Shown: piece by piece, positions 1-10,085 of the stretch
Layout: every line of letters starts with the position of its first letter
How positions within the stretch are numbered: position 1 is the stretch's first letter
NCBI GenBank assembly: GCA_040005235.1
Contig: JBDTZG010000015.1
Location: forward strand, 39,821 to 103,820
Length of the DNA stretch: 64,000 bases
Reading direction: 5' to 3'
Source: Acidobacteriota bacterium
Lineage (GTDB): Bacteria; Acidobacteriota; Thermoanaerobaculia; Multivoradales; UBA5704
Made by a program: the position numbers and the translations under genes
Notes under the pieces: generated by a model
What the model was told of the DNA's origin: nothing
Database searches by the model: none
The model's input: the letters and a program-made list of their open reading frames with translations, nothing else

Positions 1-95
1 AGGCGAGAGACGAGATCGACCAGCTCGTCGCCGCGATAGGCGAGCCGGTCGAAGATCCGCGCCGCAAGCTCAGGAAGCGGCGGCGCCGCGATCAC
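1..95 (-). CDS. 5' end of a CDS running off the window, possibly an M20-family peptidase N-terminus
   Basis: GTG at 95 overlaps the glycosyltransferase stop (GTGA); the frame is open to the window edge and reads VIAAPPLPELAARIFDRLAYRGDELVDLVSR. Confidence 0.4.
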   Translation of the reverse strand, partial: MIAAPPLPELAARIFDRLAYRGDELVDLVSR

Positions 96-982
96 TCAGA
101 TCCCGTGCCGGTCGCCTGTTCCAGGCCGCGCCAGGTCGTCTCGGCGTCGTCGAAAATCGGCAGGTTCGGCTGGATGCCGCGCGCCGCGTTGACGTGCCAG
201 CTCCACAGCAGCGACCACTTGAGGTAGGTGCCGTAGCTCTGGAGCATGCAGAAGACCAAGCCGTGCATGCCGTCGAAGAGGCCGAACTGGAGGACGTAGG
301 TGCGGAAGAAACGCCACGCCGAGCGGCCCCAGATCTCCAAGATCCCCGAGCGTTTGCCGTCCCGCCACTGCTGGGAGGCGCCCCAGAAGCTGTACTTCTC
401 GATCCGCCGGACGTACTCGTCGAGCGCATCGGTCATGTAGTGCTCCATCGGGTTCTTGAGCAGCGGCGCCGGTCCGCGGGTCACCATGTCGGCGTGAACC
501 CTGCGGTTCGGGTAACGGGCGGTTCCCTGGCGGACCAGACGCACCACCTGGTCGTGCTGCCAGCCGGAGAAGCGGATGAGCTTGCCGAGAAAGTAAACCC
601 GGCGCCGGATCGTGTAGGCATCGGCCGTGGCCCCCACGGCGAGCAGGTTCTCGATCTCGCGTTGGAGCACCGGGGGGCAGCGTTCGTCGGCGTCGAAGAT
701 CAAGATCCAATCGTTTTCCACCTGGTCCATCGCCCAGTTCTTCTGGGAGGCCGACCCATAATAGGTGCGCTGGAGGAACCGCACCTTTGGATAGGCGGCG
801 CAGATCTCCGGCGTCCGGTCGGTCGAGAACGAATCGACGACGAAGATCTCGTCGCACCAGAGGAGCGACTCGATGCAGCCGGCGATGTTTTGCTCTTCGT
901 TGAAGGTCGTGACGATGGCCGACACCTTGGCCCGATTCGGTGCGGCAGCGGCAACGGCGCGATTCGTCGTCTCCTCGGGCAT
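92..982 (-). CDS. Glycosyltransferase family 2 (LPS beta-1,4-glucosyltransferase-like)
   Basis: VSAIVTTFNEE, VVDSFSTDRT, SQKNWA and WILIFDADE motifs; likely start MPEETT at 982. Confidence 0.9.
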   Translation of the reverse strand: MPEETTNRAVAAAAPNRAKVSAIVTTFNEEQNIAGCIESLLWCDEIFVVDSFSTDRTPEICAAYPKVRFLQRTYYGSASQKNWAMDQVENDWILIFDADERCPPVLQREIENLLAVGATADAYTIRRRVYFLGKLIRFSGWQHDQVVRLVRQGTARYPNRRVHADMVTRGPAPLLKNPMEHYMTDALDEYVRRIEKYSFWGASQQWRDGKRSGILEIWGRSAWRFFRTYVLQFGLFDGMHGLVFCMLQSYGTYLKWSLLWSWHVNAARGIQPNLPIFDDAETTWRGLEQATGTGSE

Positions 983-1095
983 CTTCGGGTTCTCCTCCAA
1001 ACGGTGCGGCGGGCCGCTCCCCAAGCGTATCATCCGCCCGGCGTTCTCCCTTATCATCCACTCGGCACCGCCGACTTCGAGGCCGCCGCCCCGAT

Positions 1096-1800
1096 ATGTT
1101 CAGAGACCTCTTCGTCTTCATCCTGCTTCTTACGCTCAAGGCGTTCGCGCGCACGTTCTACCGGATCCGCATGGAGTGGATCAACGATCCGCCGCCCGAT
1201 CGCTGGCGTCGTCTTCGGCTGGTCACGATCCTCAACCACACCAGCCTGTTCGAGCCGCTGTTTGCCGGCGGGGCGCCCAACCATTTCCTCTGGCGGCTTG
1301 CCCGACACGGCGTGCTGCCGGTCGCCAAGAAGACGACCGACCGGGCGGTGGTGGGGAAATTCTTCAGCCTGATCGCGAAGAACGTCATCCCGGTCACCCG
1401 GGCGCGCGACGAGAGCTGGAAGCAGGTGCTCTCGCGGATCGATCCCGACGCGATGGTGGGCATCGCGCCCGAAGGAAGGATGAAACGAGCGACCGGCCTC
1501 GACTCCGAAGGACGCGCGATGAGCGTCCGCGGCGGAATCGCCGACATCCTCGACTCACTCGGCGAGGGACGGATGCTCCTCGCCTACAGCGGCGGCCTCC
1601 ATCACGTCCAGATCCCCGGGCAGCGTTTTCCCCGCCTGTTCCAAACCATCCGGATGCGCCTCGAAGTGGTCGAGATCAGCGAATATCGTCGCGCCATAAT
1701 GGAGCGCGGCGGTGGCACCCCCGAAGGATTCAAAGCCGCGGTCATCGCCGATCTGGAGCGGCGGCGGGATATGTACTGTCCGCCGGCCGAGGGAAGCTAA
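1096..1800 (+). CDS. PlsC-like lysophospholipid acyltransferase
   Basis: NHTSLFE and IAPEGR acyltransferase blocks; ATG at 1096. Confidence 0.8.
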   Translation: MFRDLFVFILLLTLKAFARTFYRIRMEWINDPPPDRWRRLRLVTILNHTSLFEPLFAGGAPNHFLWRLARHGVLPVAKKTTDRAVVGKFFSLIAKNVIPVTRARDESWKQVLSRIDPDAMVGIAPEGRMKRATGLDSEGRAMSVRGGIADILDSLGEGRMLLAYSGGLHHVQIPGQRFPRLFQTIRMRLEVVEISEYRRAIMERGGGTPEGFKAAVIADLERRRDMYCPPAEGS

Positions 1801-1982
1801 CCGCGACGGCAGCGGCCCGATGGCGCGGGACGAAGCGGCGGAGGGCTGAGACGGCGATAAAGCGGGAATTGCGCGTGGCGGTCAACCCCTTCCGCTTGCA
1901 AAGCTTCGGCCCGCTGGCTTACCTTAGGGGTAGTCTGGACTGAGGCCACATCCGGACACCACTCTCGGGGAGGAAGCCGAAG

Positions 1983-3890
1983 ATGACGTTGACGGTTCGA
2001 GCCCATTTCATACTTCTACTTCCTGCGCTCGCCGTCGCCTGTAGCTCCAACCCCAAAATCCAACCCGTTCGCGTCGCCTATAGCGATATCCCCGTCGCGA
2101 GCTCCGCTTCGCAACCCGTTGGACCTCCGGCCCCTGCGCCCGCAGCGCCGGCCGGCCTTCCTTCGAGCGCCGATTCGAGTCTGGTGGCGACGCCTGCGGC
2201 GCTGTCGACCCGCGAGATCATCGATCGCTCCATGAAGTGGTCGGTCGAGGGCCTTGGCTCCTACGCCCGCAGCAACTACCCGGCGGCGTACGAGAGCTTG
2301 AACGGCGCGCGCATCCTCTTGCTCGGGGCCGACATGCCCGAATATTGGAAGGAGCAGGGGCTTGCCGTGCTACAGGCGGGGCTGCCCAAGGAGTTGCGCC
2401 GCTACGACCTCCCCTCCGTGCTCCGGGAGCTTGAGGGCCTGCGCGCCAAGGAGCCGACCGAAAAAGCCGAGGCCACTTACATCGACACCGAGGTGCGGCG
2501 GATCCTTCGCCGCTTCGGCGAGAGCGAGCCGGGGGACCAGACGCTCCCCCAGCTGGTCGCTGAGACCCACAGCTACGTCGATTTCTATCGCGGCCGCGGG
2601 CGCGAGTTCTACGAGCGGTCGTACCAGCGCAAGCGGAAGTATTGGCCGATCATCAGCGAGGTCTTCGCCGCCCGCAGCCTGCCCGTCGAGCTCGGCTACA
2701 TCGCCCTGGTCGAGAGCGGGTTCAACCCGCGCGCCGCGAGCCACGCCAACGCCTTCGGACTGTGGCAATTCATCCCTGAGACCGGGCGCCGGTACGGCCT
2801 CAACGATCTCTCCGATTTCTCCGACGTGCGCAAATCGACCGCCGCCGCGGCCGAGTATCTGATCGATCTGCTGAGCATCTTCGGCTCGCCCTCGTTTCTG
2901 CTCGCCACCGCGTCGTACAACGCCGGGGAAGGCAAGATCGTGTCCTGCCTGCGGAAGATCGACGATCCGTTCGAGAAGCGGACGTTCTGGGAGATCCGCG
3001 GCTGCCTGGCGACCGAGACCCGGGAGTACATCCCGCGGATTCTGGCCGCCGCCGTGATCGGCTCGAACCCCGCGCGGTTCGGCTTCGCCCTGCCGAGCGA
3101 CGCGGAGATCGACAACCGGTTCGACATCGTTCAGGTCGCCACCCTCCAACCGCTCGCCCGGCTGGCGGAGCTGGCGGGCGTGGCGGTCGAAGAGCTGCGC
3201 GCCGCCAACACCGACATCTCCTCGGCTTCGGACTGGACGCCGGGCAAGAACTTCCCGCTTTACGTTCCGCGCGGTACCGGCGAGAAGCTTAGCCTCGCGC
3301 TCGCCGCATTGCCCGTCGACCTGCCGACTTCTTCCGGGCCGGAAGAGATCCGTTTCGCGGTGGAGCGGCCGGCCGCCAAGCCCACCCGCTACAAGATCCG
3401 GCGCGGCGACACGCTGTCGAAGATTGCGGACAAATTCGATTCGAGCCCGGAAGTGCTCGCCCGAAAGAACAAGCTCCGCAAGCCCTATCGATTGCAGGTC
3501 GGCCAGACCCTGGTGGTCGGCGAAGGGAAAGCGGGCAGCCCCCGAATGGCCGAAAGCGGCACGAGCGGGAGTGCCAAGCACACGATCGTCTTCACCGTCC
3601 GCCGCGGTCACACCCTCTCCGAGATCGCCGGCCTGTTCGCGGTGGGAACCCACGACGTGATGCGCTGGAACGACCTCTCCGGCTCCGACCTCACCGTGGG
3701 CCAGAAGCTCACCCTCCACCCGCAGCGCAGTTACCGCACCCGCACCTACCAGGTCCGCCACGGCGACAAGATCGCCAACATCGCCCGCAAGTTCGGCGTC
3801 TCGATCCAGAGCCTGAGGATGGCCAACGGCATGGACGAAGGCGAGCCGCTACGCACCGGGCAGACGTTGACGTTCTACGTGCCGGCGTAA
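1983..3890 (+). CDS. MltD-like lytic murein transglycosylase lipoprotein with three LysM domains
   Basis: Lipobox LAVAC; SLT motifs VESGFNP, AFGLWQFIPETG, ASYNAGE, ETREY; three C-terminal LysM repeats. Confidence 0.92.
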   Translation: MTLTVRAHFILLLPALAVACSSNPKIQPVRVAYSDIPVASSASQPVGPPAPAPAAPAGLPSSADSSLVATPAALSTREIIDRSMKWSVEGLGSYARSNYPAAYESLNGARILLLGADMPEYWKEQGLAVLQAGLPKELRRYDLPSVLRELEGLRAKEPTEKAEATYIDTEVRRILRRFGESEPGDQTLPQLVAETHSYVDFYRGRGREFYERSYQRKRKYWPIISEVFAARSLPVELGYIALVESGFNPRAASHANAFGLWQFIPETGRRYGLNDLSDFSDVRKSTAAAAEYLIDLLSIFGSPSFLLATASYNAGEGKIVSCLRKIDDPFEKRTFWEIRGCLATETREYIPRILAAAVIGSNPARFGFALPSDAEIDNRFDIVQVATLQPLARLAELAGVAVEELRAANTDISSASDWTPGKNFPLYVPRGTGEKLSLALAALPVDLPTSSGPEEIRFAVERPAAKPTRYKIRRGDTLSKIADKFDSSPEVLARKNKLRKPYRLQVGQTLVVGEGKAGSPRMAESGTSGSAKHTIVFTVRRGHTLSEIAGLFAVGTHDVMRWNDLSGSDLTVGQKLTLHPQRSYRTRTYQVRHGDKIANIARKFGVSIQSLRMANGMDEGEPLRTGQTLTFYVPA

Positions 3891-4319
3891 TCAGTCCAGG
3901 CAGAGAGTGACCGAATCCCCGAGCGCCCGGGGCTGCCGCTCCATGGACTCCAGCCGACGCTCGTCGACCTCCTCTTCGCCCGCGGTCGCCTGGGCGGAAC
4001 AACCGAGGGTTTCCTCTTCCAGGCCGAAGAAGCGAATCGCGTCGGCCAACGTCGGCCGGACTCCGGGATGCAGCGCCATCTCCGGAACGATCTTCACCAC
4101 CGCCCGATTGCGCCCCATTTGTGAGTCTCGCTCCGCCACGACCGCGGTGCCGCCCGAGAGGGCTCCCCGCGGAGCGTAATAACCGAGATCGAGCCAGACC
4201 GCAGCGGCGAGGAGCCCGAGCACCACCACCGCCAGAACCACGCCGCGGGAATCGGCGCGCCGGGCGGAACCGGCTTCCTCGAACACCGACTCGGGATCAC
4301 CAACCGGCGTCGAGCGCAT
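3891..4319 (-). CDS. Small single-pass membrane hypothetical protein, last gene of the operon
   Basis: Hydrophobic segment VVLAVVVLGLLAAAVWL; start overlaps the end of the PBP gene. Confidence 0.6.
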   Translation of the reverse strand: MRSTPVGDPESVFEEAGSARRADSRGVVLAVVVLGLLAAAVWLDLGYYAPRGALSGGTAVVAERDSQMGRNRAVVKIVPEMALHPGVRPTLADAIRFFGLEEETLGCSAQATAGEEEVDERRLESMERQPRALGDSVTLCLD

Positions 4320-7131
4320 CGATCAGAACCTCCTGGATCAGCTTGCCGGCGAACGGAACCGCGATCGTCGGCCCTTTGCCCTGCCCCTCGATGATGATCG
4401 CCACCGTCAGCGCCCGCTTCGGCGGGTGAGCGACGACATCGATTTTCGCCAGCTCCTCCCCTCCCCCGCCGCGACGCGCCGCCGCATCCCAAACACCGAT
4501 CGTAAACACGTAGACGGCGCCCACCGATTCGATTTCGCGGCGGCGCAGCGCGCGCACCAGCCGGCCGCCGCGCCGCTCGAACTGGACGCGATCTTCCGGG
4601 CGGCTGTCGTTCCAGCTGTCGCAGGCTTGAATGACCGAGCGCGGCCCGACGCCATAGCGGCGGAGGATCTTGAGATCGTCCGGGTTCGCCTGAAGCGCCG
4701 TGAGCGACCGGGTGGCTCGCCCCTCTTCCGTCCGATCGGCGTCGACCGGTCCGGAATCCCGGTAGACAATCCGATCTGCCGTGTCGAGCGTCAGCGCGCG
4801 GCGGGCGATCAGCGAATCGAGCGCTCGGGCGAGCGAGGTCGAGACGTAGCTGGTGTTGTCGGGCGACCCGGTCTTCGAGAAGAAACCGAGCACCTCGCCA
4901 CGGGCGGCGAGCCGGCGGTCGAGCGCCCGCAGCTGGGGCGCGAGAGCGCTAGCCGTGCCGCCAGGACCTGCGACCCGGGTCATCGCATCGACCAGGCGCT
5001 GGCGGGTGGCGGGAGCGAGGTCGAGATCGGCGAGCTTTTCCGGAGCCTTGGGCCTGCCCTCCCCGGCCGCCGCGGGCTCTTCCCCTTCGGGGTGAACTTG
5101 GGCGACCAGGCGCGGCTCGATCTTCTTGCCGGTCACCAGGCGCGAGAAGACGCTCGCGATCCGCGGCATCGTCCAGGTCGATTCGCCGCCGCCCAAGACC
5201 AGCGACAGGTATTCGCGGCGATAGTCGTCGATCAGGTTGAGCGCCAGGTTTTCGCGCTCAGGGCTGGCGCCGCGAAACGTCGTCTCGCGCGGCAGCTGTT
5301 CGCCGTAGAGCTGGGTGAGAACCGGGCGCCAGATCCCCGTGTCGATCAGGTCATCGCCTTCGCCGGCGGGCCAGCGGGTCGCCGAGTGCTTGGTGGTGAA
5401 CGGCACCCCGAACAGCCGGCGAAGCGAAGCCGCGAAATCGCGGTGTTCGAGCGTGATGATCCGGCCGCAGGCGGCCAGGCGCGCCAGCTCGGGGTCCTTC
5501 GCCCCCCGGTTCGAGACGATCGGCAGGTTGAGCCGCGGGCGCCGGTCGTACTCCTGGCCGCCGATCGCGAAGCGCTCTTCCCTGTCGAGCTGCTCGGGGA
5601 CCTCCGGATCGCCCACCGGCGGCAAGAGGCCGGTCTGCGCTTCGTCGACGCCCGTGGCGAGGGTCAAAAGCGTCGCGCCGTATTTGTTCGACGAGTGCTG
5701 GATGAACTCTTCGAAATCGATCCAGCCGTCTCCGCCGCCGCCGATCGCGTGGTCTTCGAGCGGCGGATCGAGCGCGATCCCGAGCAGCTGAGTGAACTTC
5801 CCCTCGGCGTAGCCGCGGATGCGCAGATCGGCCAAGAACGGCGCGCGATCGAGGATCGCCGCGGCGAACGGGATCTTTGCGACCGAGCCGATCGGCAGCC
5901 GCGAGAAATTGTGGTTGCGCAGCCAGCGCTGGCGGGAGCGGTCGCCGTCGCCGTAGCTACCCAACTGATCGGCGGTCGGATAGCTTGCGAGCGCGAGCAG
6001 CTCGCCGTTGGTCGCATCCATTACCGTGACCGCGGCGCGAAACGGCGGCTCGGTCCGGCCGCGCAAACCTTGCGCGTAGGTTTCGAGCTGGCGCTGCACC
6101 TCGGCCTCGATTTTCGAATCGAGCGTGAGCGCGAGATCGAATCGCTCGGTACTCGGAGCGGGCGCCTCGGCCGGCGGGCGATGGAGGGCGGTATCGATCG
6201 CCGCCAGCACGTCGCTCGCGAGAGGCGGATCGGGGCGCTCGGGAATCCGCCGGAACCGGCCGTTGATCGGCCGATAGATCGAGATCGGCGGCGCCTCCCC
6301 GAGGACCGAGCTCCAGAGCAGCGCGTATTGCGAGGCGCCGTTCCCGATGCGCCAGCGCAGTTTGAGCAGGTCGCCCGAATCGAGCCGCGCGTGGCTCCCC
6401 TGGCGGATCTCGTCGCCGGAGACTGAGATCTCCACCCCCGCCGCCTGGCTCCGGTGGTTGAACAGGAGCGCATCGCCGATCCGGTTGACCGTGCCGAGAA
6501 ACGCGCCGCCCCGGCCGGTAAGCTTCACCTTCTCGGCCCGCACCGCGCGCGCGGCATGGGCCGCTCCCCCACCGGGAGTCCCTTTGGCACCGTCGTCGCT
6601 CCCGGAGCGCAAAGTGATCTCGGGCGGGTTTTCCATCCCGCGCAGGGGCGTGGTCGGGCCGACCAGCTCGATCGCCGCGCCGCCGCCGCGCAGCTCGGCT
6701 ATCCGAGTTTTCGTCGGCCGGTAGCTGAGCGCGCCGGTCCACGTCCGCGACTCGGAAAACGGCAGGGCGATCCGGTGGCGCGACGGGTCGAGGCCGAAGA
6801 TCTGGTCGTTTTCAACCGAAAAGATCGCCCGATCCCCGGCGTTGAAATCCGCCACGTCGCCAGCCAGGTGCGAGCGCAGATACAGCTCTTCGATCGGCGT
6901 TCCGCGGTACTTCGAATCGAGCTCGATCGTGCGCGTCGTCGGCTCGTAGCGCAGCCAGCCGTGATGGGTATAAAGCTCCGCCGTCTCCCGATACCCTTCC
7001 GGATCGTGGTAGGCCGGCAGCGAAGTGCCGCGCGTCGCCCCGAGGTAGATCACCCGGCCGCACCAGGCGATCAGCCAAAGACCGATCAAGCCGAGCACGG
7101 CCCTTGCGGCGCGACGGCCCGACGCGGTCAT
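4297..7131 (-). CDS. Divergent class B-like penicillin-binding transpeptidase with N-terminal TM and an FHA-like region
   Basis: AAVTVMDATNGELLALASYP; SxxK (GSVAK), SxN (SSN) and KTG all present; ATG at 7131 overlaps the upstream stop (ATGA). Confidence 0.85.
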   Translation of the reverse strand: MTASGRRAARAVLGLIGLWLIAWCGRVIYLGATRGTSLPAYHDPEGYRETAELYTHHGWLRYEPTTRTIELDSKYRGTPIEELYLRSHLAGDVADFNAGDRAIFSVENDQIFGLDPSRHRIALPFSESRTWTGALSYRPTKTRIAELRGGGAAIELVGPTTPLRGMENPPEITLRSGSDDGAKGTPGGGAAHAARAVRAEKVKLTGRGGAFLGTVNRIGDALLFNHRSQAAGVEISVSGDEIRQGSHARLDSGDLLKLRWRIGNGASQYALLWSSVLGEAPPISIYRPINGRFRRIPERPDPPLASDVLAAIDTALHRPPAEAPAPSTERFDLALTLDSKIEAEVQRQLETYAQGLRGRTEPPFRAAVTVMDATNGELLALASYPTADQLGSYGDGDRSRQRWLRNHNFSRLPIGSVAKIPFAAAILDRAPFLADLRIRGYAEGKFTQLLGIALDPPLEDHAIGGGGDGWIDFEEFIQHSSNKYGATLLTLATGVDEAQTGLLPPVGDPEVPEQLDREERFAIGGQEYDRRPRLNLPIVSNRGAKDPELARLAACGRIITLEHRDFAASLRRLFGVPFTTKHSATRWPAGEGDDLIDTGIWRPVLTQLYGEQLPRETTFRGASPERENLALNLIDDYRREYLSLVLGGGESTWTMPRIASVFSRLVTGKKIEPRLVAQVHPEGEEPAAAGEGRPKAPEKLADLDLAPATRQRLVDAMTRVAGPGGTASALAPQLRALDRRLAARGEVLGFFSKTGSPDNTSYVSTSLARALDSLIARRALTLDTADRIVYRDSGPVDADRTEEGRATRSLTALQANPDDLKILRRYGVGPRSVIQACDSWNDSRPEDRVQFERRGGRLVRALRRREIESVGAVYVFTIGVWDAAARRGGGGEELAKIDVVAHPPKRALTVAIIIEGQGKGPTIAVPFAGKLIQEVLIDALDAGW

Positions 7132-10070
7132 AGCGGCTCCTCCGCGGCTTCGGCCGACAAGACCGGTGCCGTCGTCGGTGCTTCGGGCTCGTCTCCGAGC
7201 GCCCAGAGGGCGAGCAGGACGAGCAGCGACCCTTCGACCGCATCCGAAAGTGAGGAGGCGGCAAGGAAGTAGATGTTCTTGCCGGTGAACAGCAGCAGCT
7301 CGACGTTGGCCGACAGCATGTAGAGGGCGGCGAGCGAGAGGGTCCAGAGCAGCATCAGCCCCCAAGCGGCGCGCGGCGCGAGCGCGGAAAGATCGGGCGC
7401 CGCGGGCGCTCCGGCGACCGAAGCGGCGAGCCAGCCGCAGAACAGCAGCAGCAGAGCGAGCGCACCGACCCAGCCGAACGGCCCCAGCAGATGCACCGCG
7501 GAGAGGTTGTCGTTCAAATGGGTGGCGGTAAGCGGCGCAGAGAGCGGCACCGCCAGATAGCCGCGCCCGAACGGACCGCGCGCGGCGTAGGCGCGTAGGT
7601 TTTCCATCACGGTCAAGAATCCTTCGGCCTCGGTCGTGCCGACGCGTTTCAGTTCCTCCGGCGCGAGCCGGCTCCAGAAACGCAGGTCGTTTCTTTTGAC
7701 CGCCACCTTCTTTTCGATCAGCTCCTCTGCCTTCGCCGGGTCTTCGCGCGCCTCGGCATAGGTCGGCAGCGGACGCCAGTTCGGAATCGCCGGCAGCAGG
7801 ACATAAAACAGCACGGCGAGCGCGAGCGGCAGAAACAAAAGGCTGGTGCGCACGCTCGGCCGCTCGAAGAACGGCAGCGCGAACAGGAGAATCGGCGGCA
7901 GCGAGAAGATCAAGATCGAGCCCAGATCGCGGGCGAGAAACGGCACCGCGGCAAAGAACACGCCGAGCAGCACCCAGAAGCTCGCGACGCCGCGCCAGCG
8001 CTCCCGCTCGCGCCAGGCGAACGCCATCGCGAGCAGCGCCCATGGCACGTAGAGAATGCTCACCGCAAACCGGGGGCCGAGATCGATCCGCTCCTTCCAG
8101 CCTAGGCCATACAGGGTCAAGAGCCGCCAGGCCAGCAGGCTACCGCCGACCCAGAGGAGAGCCCGGAACGCTTTTCCTCCCTCCCACGCCGCGGCGGCGA
8201 TCGGCCGCGCGAGTCGCGGCAGCAGCCAGAGACCGCACGCGGTGGGCAGGGCGAGCGCGAGACTCAGGACCAGACCGATCGACAGCGGATCGACCCCGGC
8301 GCGGGCTAGGGCAATCGTCGCGGCCGAGAGGGCCACGACGGCGTAGGCGATTCCAGCGGCGCCTCCCAACCGGCCGATGCGGTCGGCGGTCCCGTCGCCC
8401 TCTCGCCGCGCGGCGAGTCGGAGCGCGGTCTGGACCGCGAACGGGGCGAGCGCGAGGGTGGCGAGCGCCGCCCACGCCGACGCCGAGGAGGCGGGATCGA
8501 GGTACGCCCCTTCGTAGGCAATCAGGGCGCGGAACGCCAGCAGCGTCTCCATGCCGGTAAGGACGACGAACGGCAATAACCGGCGGCGCAGCGGCGCTCC
8601 GGCCAGTGCGGAAGCGAGCGCCAGGGCGGCCGCGAGCGGCAGGGCACCCCACGGAACGCCGAGCCGGGCGACGCGCACGATCGCCGCCGAATCCTCGCCG
8701 AGCGGAAACGCCGAGCCGAGCGGATAGGTTCGCGCCCCGGAGTGGGTGGTTACTTTGAGCGGCTCCGCGGCTCCCGAGCCCGCGGGCGGCTCGATTCGGC
8801 TAAACAGCTCGGCGCCGAGCGGATCGCCTAAGGCCGCGAACGACAGCAGCATCTCGCCCGCTCCGGCGTAGAGCGCGAAACGTTCGGGCGCGAGCGACAA
8901 GAGCGCCTTGCCGCCGTCCGCCCGGGCGCGGCGGCGCAACTCGGCCAGATCGCTCTGCTCGATCTGTACAAAGGTCGGCGTGTCGAAATCGAGCCGCAGA
9001 AATCCGCCGCGCTCGTAGGTGGCGCGAAAGCTTCGGCGCTCCTGCACGCGGCTCGCCGGATGGAGCCGCTCGCCGCCGCTTAAACCCGCGAGAAGATGAG
9101 CCAGAAACCCTTTCGGTTCCGCTTCGGGAGGGGCGGCTTCCTCGAAATCGATCCGGTAGAGCGCGAGGCGAAGGGTCTCCCCCCGGCGTAGCGTCGCAAC
9201 CGTCGAGCGGAACTCCTTCGGCGGACCCTCTTTCGGCACCACCCGGACTCCCGGCTCGGAGAGCGCCAAGAACACGTCGCGCCGAAAGTAGCCGCCGCCG
9301 CGGTAGGCGAAGCCGCCGAGCGGCCGGCCGCCCGCCCCAATCACCGGCCGGGAGGGATCGGCCGCGGCGTAGTCGCGCAGCGGGAAGATCGCCAGCTCCG
9401 GCGACAGCTCGCGGCCGATTCCGAATCCGAGCGGTCCCTGGCGGGTGGGGAGGCTCGGCCGTTGTCTTCCGGGGCCTTCGGGTCCTCCAGGGCCTCCGGG
9501 GCTTCCGGGAGCAGCGAGACCCGGCCGGCCCGCTTCGAAGACCAGCGGCTCGACACCCGGGACCTCGACGGTGTCTCCGTCATGAAGCTGGACGGAGTTC
9601 CAGAACGGCTCGGTTGCGCAGGGCCAGAGTCGGCAGATCCAGGCCCGAGTCCCTTGCGCCCGCAATGCACCGAACGCGAGCCGCGGTGGACCGCCGTCCT
9701 CATCGGCGGGCGGGCCGGCGTCGGGATGGAGATCGATCCGGATCTCGCCGCCCTGCGAAGCGAACGTGAGGAATCCCGGCGGCAGCCCGGGGACCACCAG
9801 GGCGTCCTGCTCTTTGTCCCCGCCCACCCGTACGGTCCGCGGCGTGGTCGGATCGAACCGGAAGCGCAACCCTTCGAGCGACACCCGAAGGTCGCCGAAA
9901 TGGGCCTGCGCCGCGAGCAACACCCCCGCGAGCAGGATCGGGGGCACCGCGGCGGCGAGCGCCTGAAGCACCGGGCCGATCGGCTCGCCCTGGCGCGCGA
10001 GGCGAGCCGCCAGCACCCAAAGGGTCAGCAGCAGCGCAATCGAAACGGCGAAGACGACCGAGGAGAGCAT
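7128..10070 (-). CDS. Divergent SEDS (FtsW/RodA/SpoVE) protein with a ~420-aa soluble N-terminal domain
   Basis: Multi-TM C-terminal half with RDLGS, GPFGRG...HLND and TGKNIYFL, resembling the SEDS DxG, GxG..HTD and TG..LPF motifs; adjacent to a PBP. Confidence 0.75.
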   Translation of the reverse strand: MLSSVVFAVSIALLLTLWVLAARLARQGEPIGPVLQALAAAVPPILLAGVLLAAQAHFGDLRVSLEGLRFRFDPTTPRTVRVGGDKEQDALVVPGLPPGFLTFASQGGEIRIDLHPDAGPPADEDGGPPRLAFGALRAQGTRAWICRLWPCATEPFWNSVQLHDGDTVEVPGVEPLVFEAGRPGLAAPGSPGGPGGPEGPGRQRPSLPTRQGPLGFGIGRELSPELAIFPLRDYAAADPSRPVIGAGGRPLGGFAYRGGGYFRRDVFLALSEPGVRVVPKEGPPKEFRSTVATLRRGETLRLALYRIDFEEAAPPEAEPKGFLAHLLAGLSGGERLHPASRVQERRSFRATYERGGFLRLDFDTPTFVQIEQSDLAELRRRARADGGKALLSLAPERFALYAGAGEMLLSFAALGDPLGAELFSRIEPPAGSGAAEPLKVTTHSGARTYPLGSAFPLGEDSAAIVRVARLGVPWGALPLAAALALASALAGAPLRRRLLPFVVLTGMETLLAFRALIAYEGAYLDPASSASAWAALATLALAPFAVQTALRLAARREGDGTADRIGRLGGAAGIAYAVVALSAATIALARAGVDPLSIGLVLSLALALPTACGLWLLPRLARPIAAAAWEGGKAFRALLWVGGSLLAWRLLTLYGLGWKERIDLGPRFAVSILYVPWALLAMAFAWRERERWRGVASFWVLLGVFFAAVPFLARDLGSILIFSLPPILLFALPFFERPSVRTSLLFLPLALAVLFYVLLPAIPNWRPLPTYAEAREDPAKAEELIEKKVAVKRNDLRFWSRLAPEELKRVGTTEAEGFLTVMENLRAYAARGPFGRGYLAVPLSAPLTATHLNDNLSAVHLLGPFGWVGALALLLLFCGWLAASVAGAPAAPDLSALAPRAAWGLMLLWTLSLAALYMLSANVELLLFTGKNIYFLAASSLSDAVEGSLLVLLALWALGDEPEAPTTAPVLSAEAAEEPL

Positions 10071-10085
10071 GGCGAGGAAGGGAGC

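Noticed and set aside
7132-8043. N-terminal 304 aa of the 1248-aa ORF, and likewise 12069-13220 of the 1044-aa ORF
   Set aside because: These are out-of-frame overlaps with the upstream genes; the true starts are the coupled codons at 7131 and 12068.
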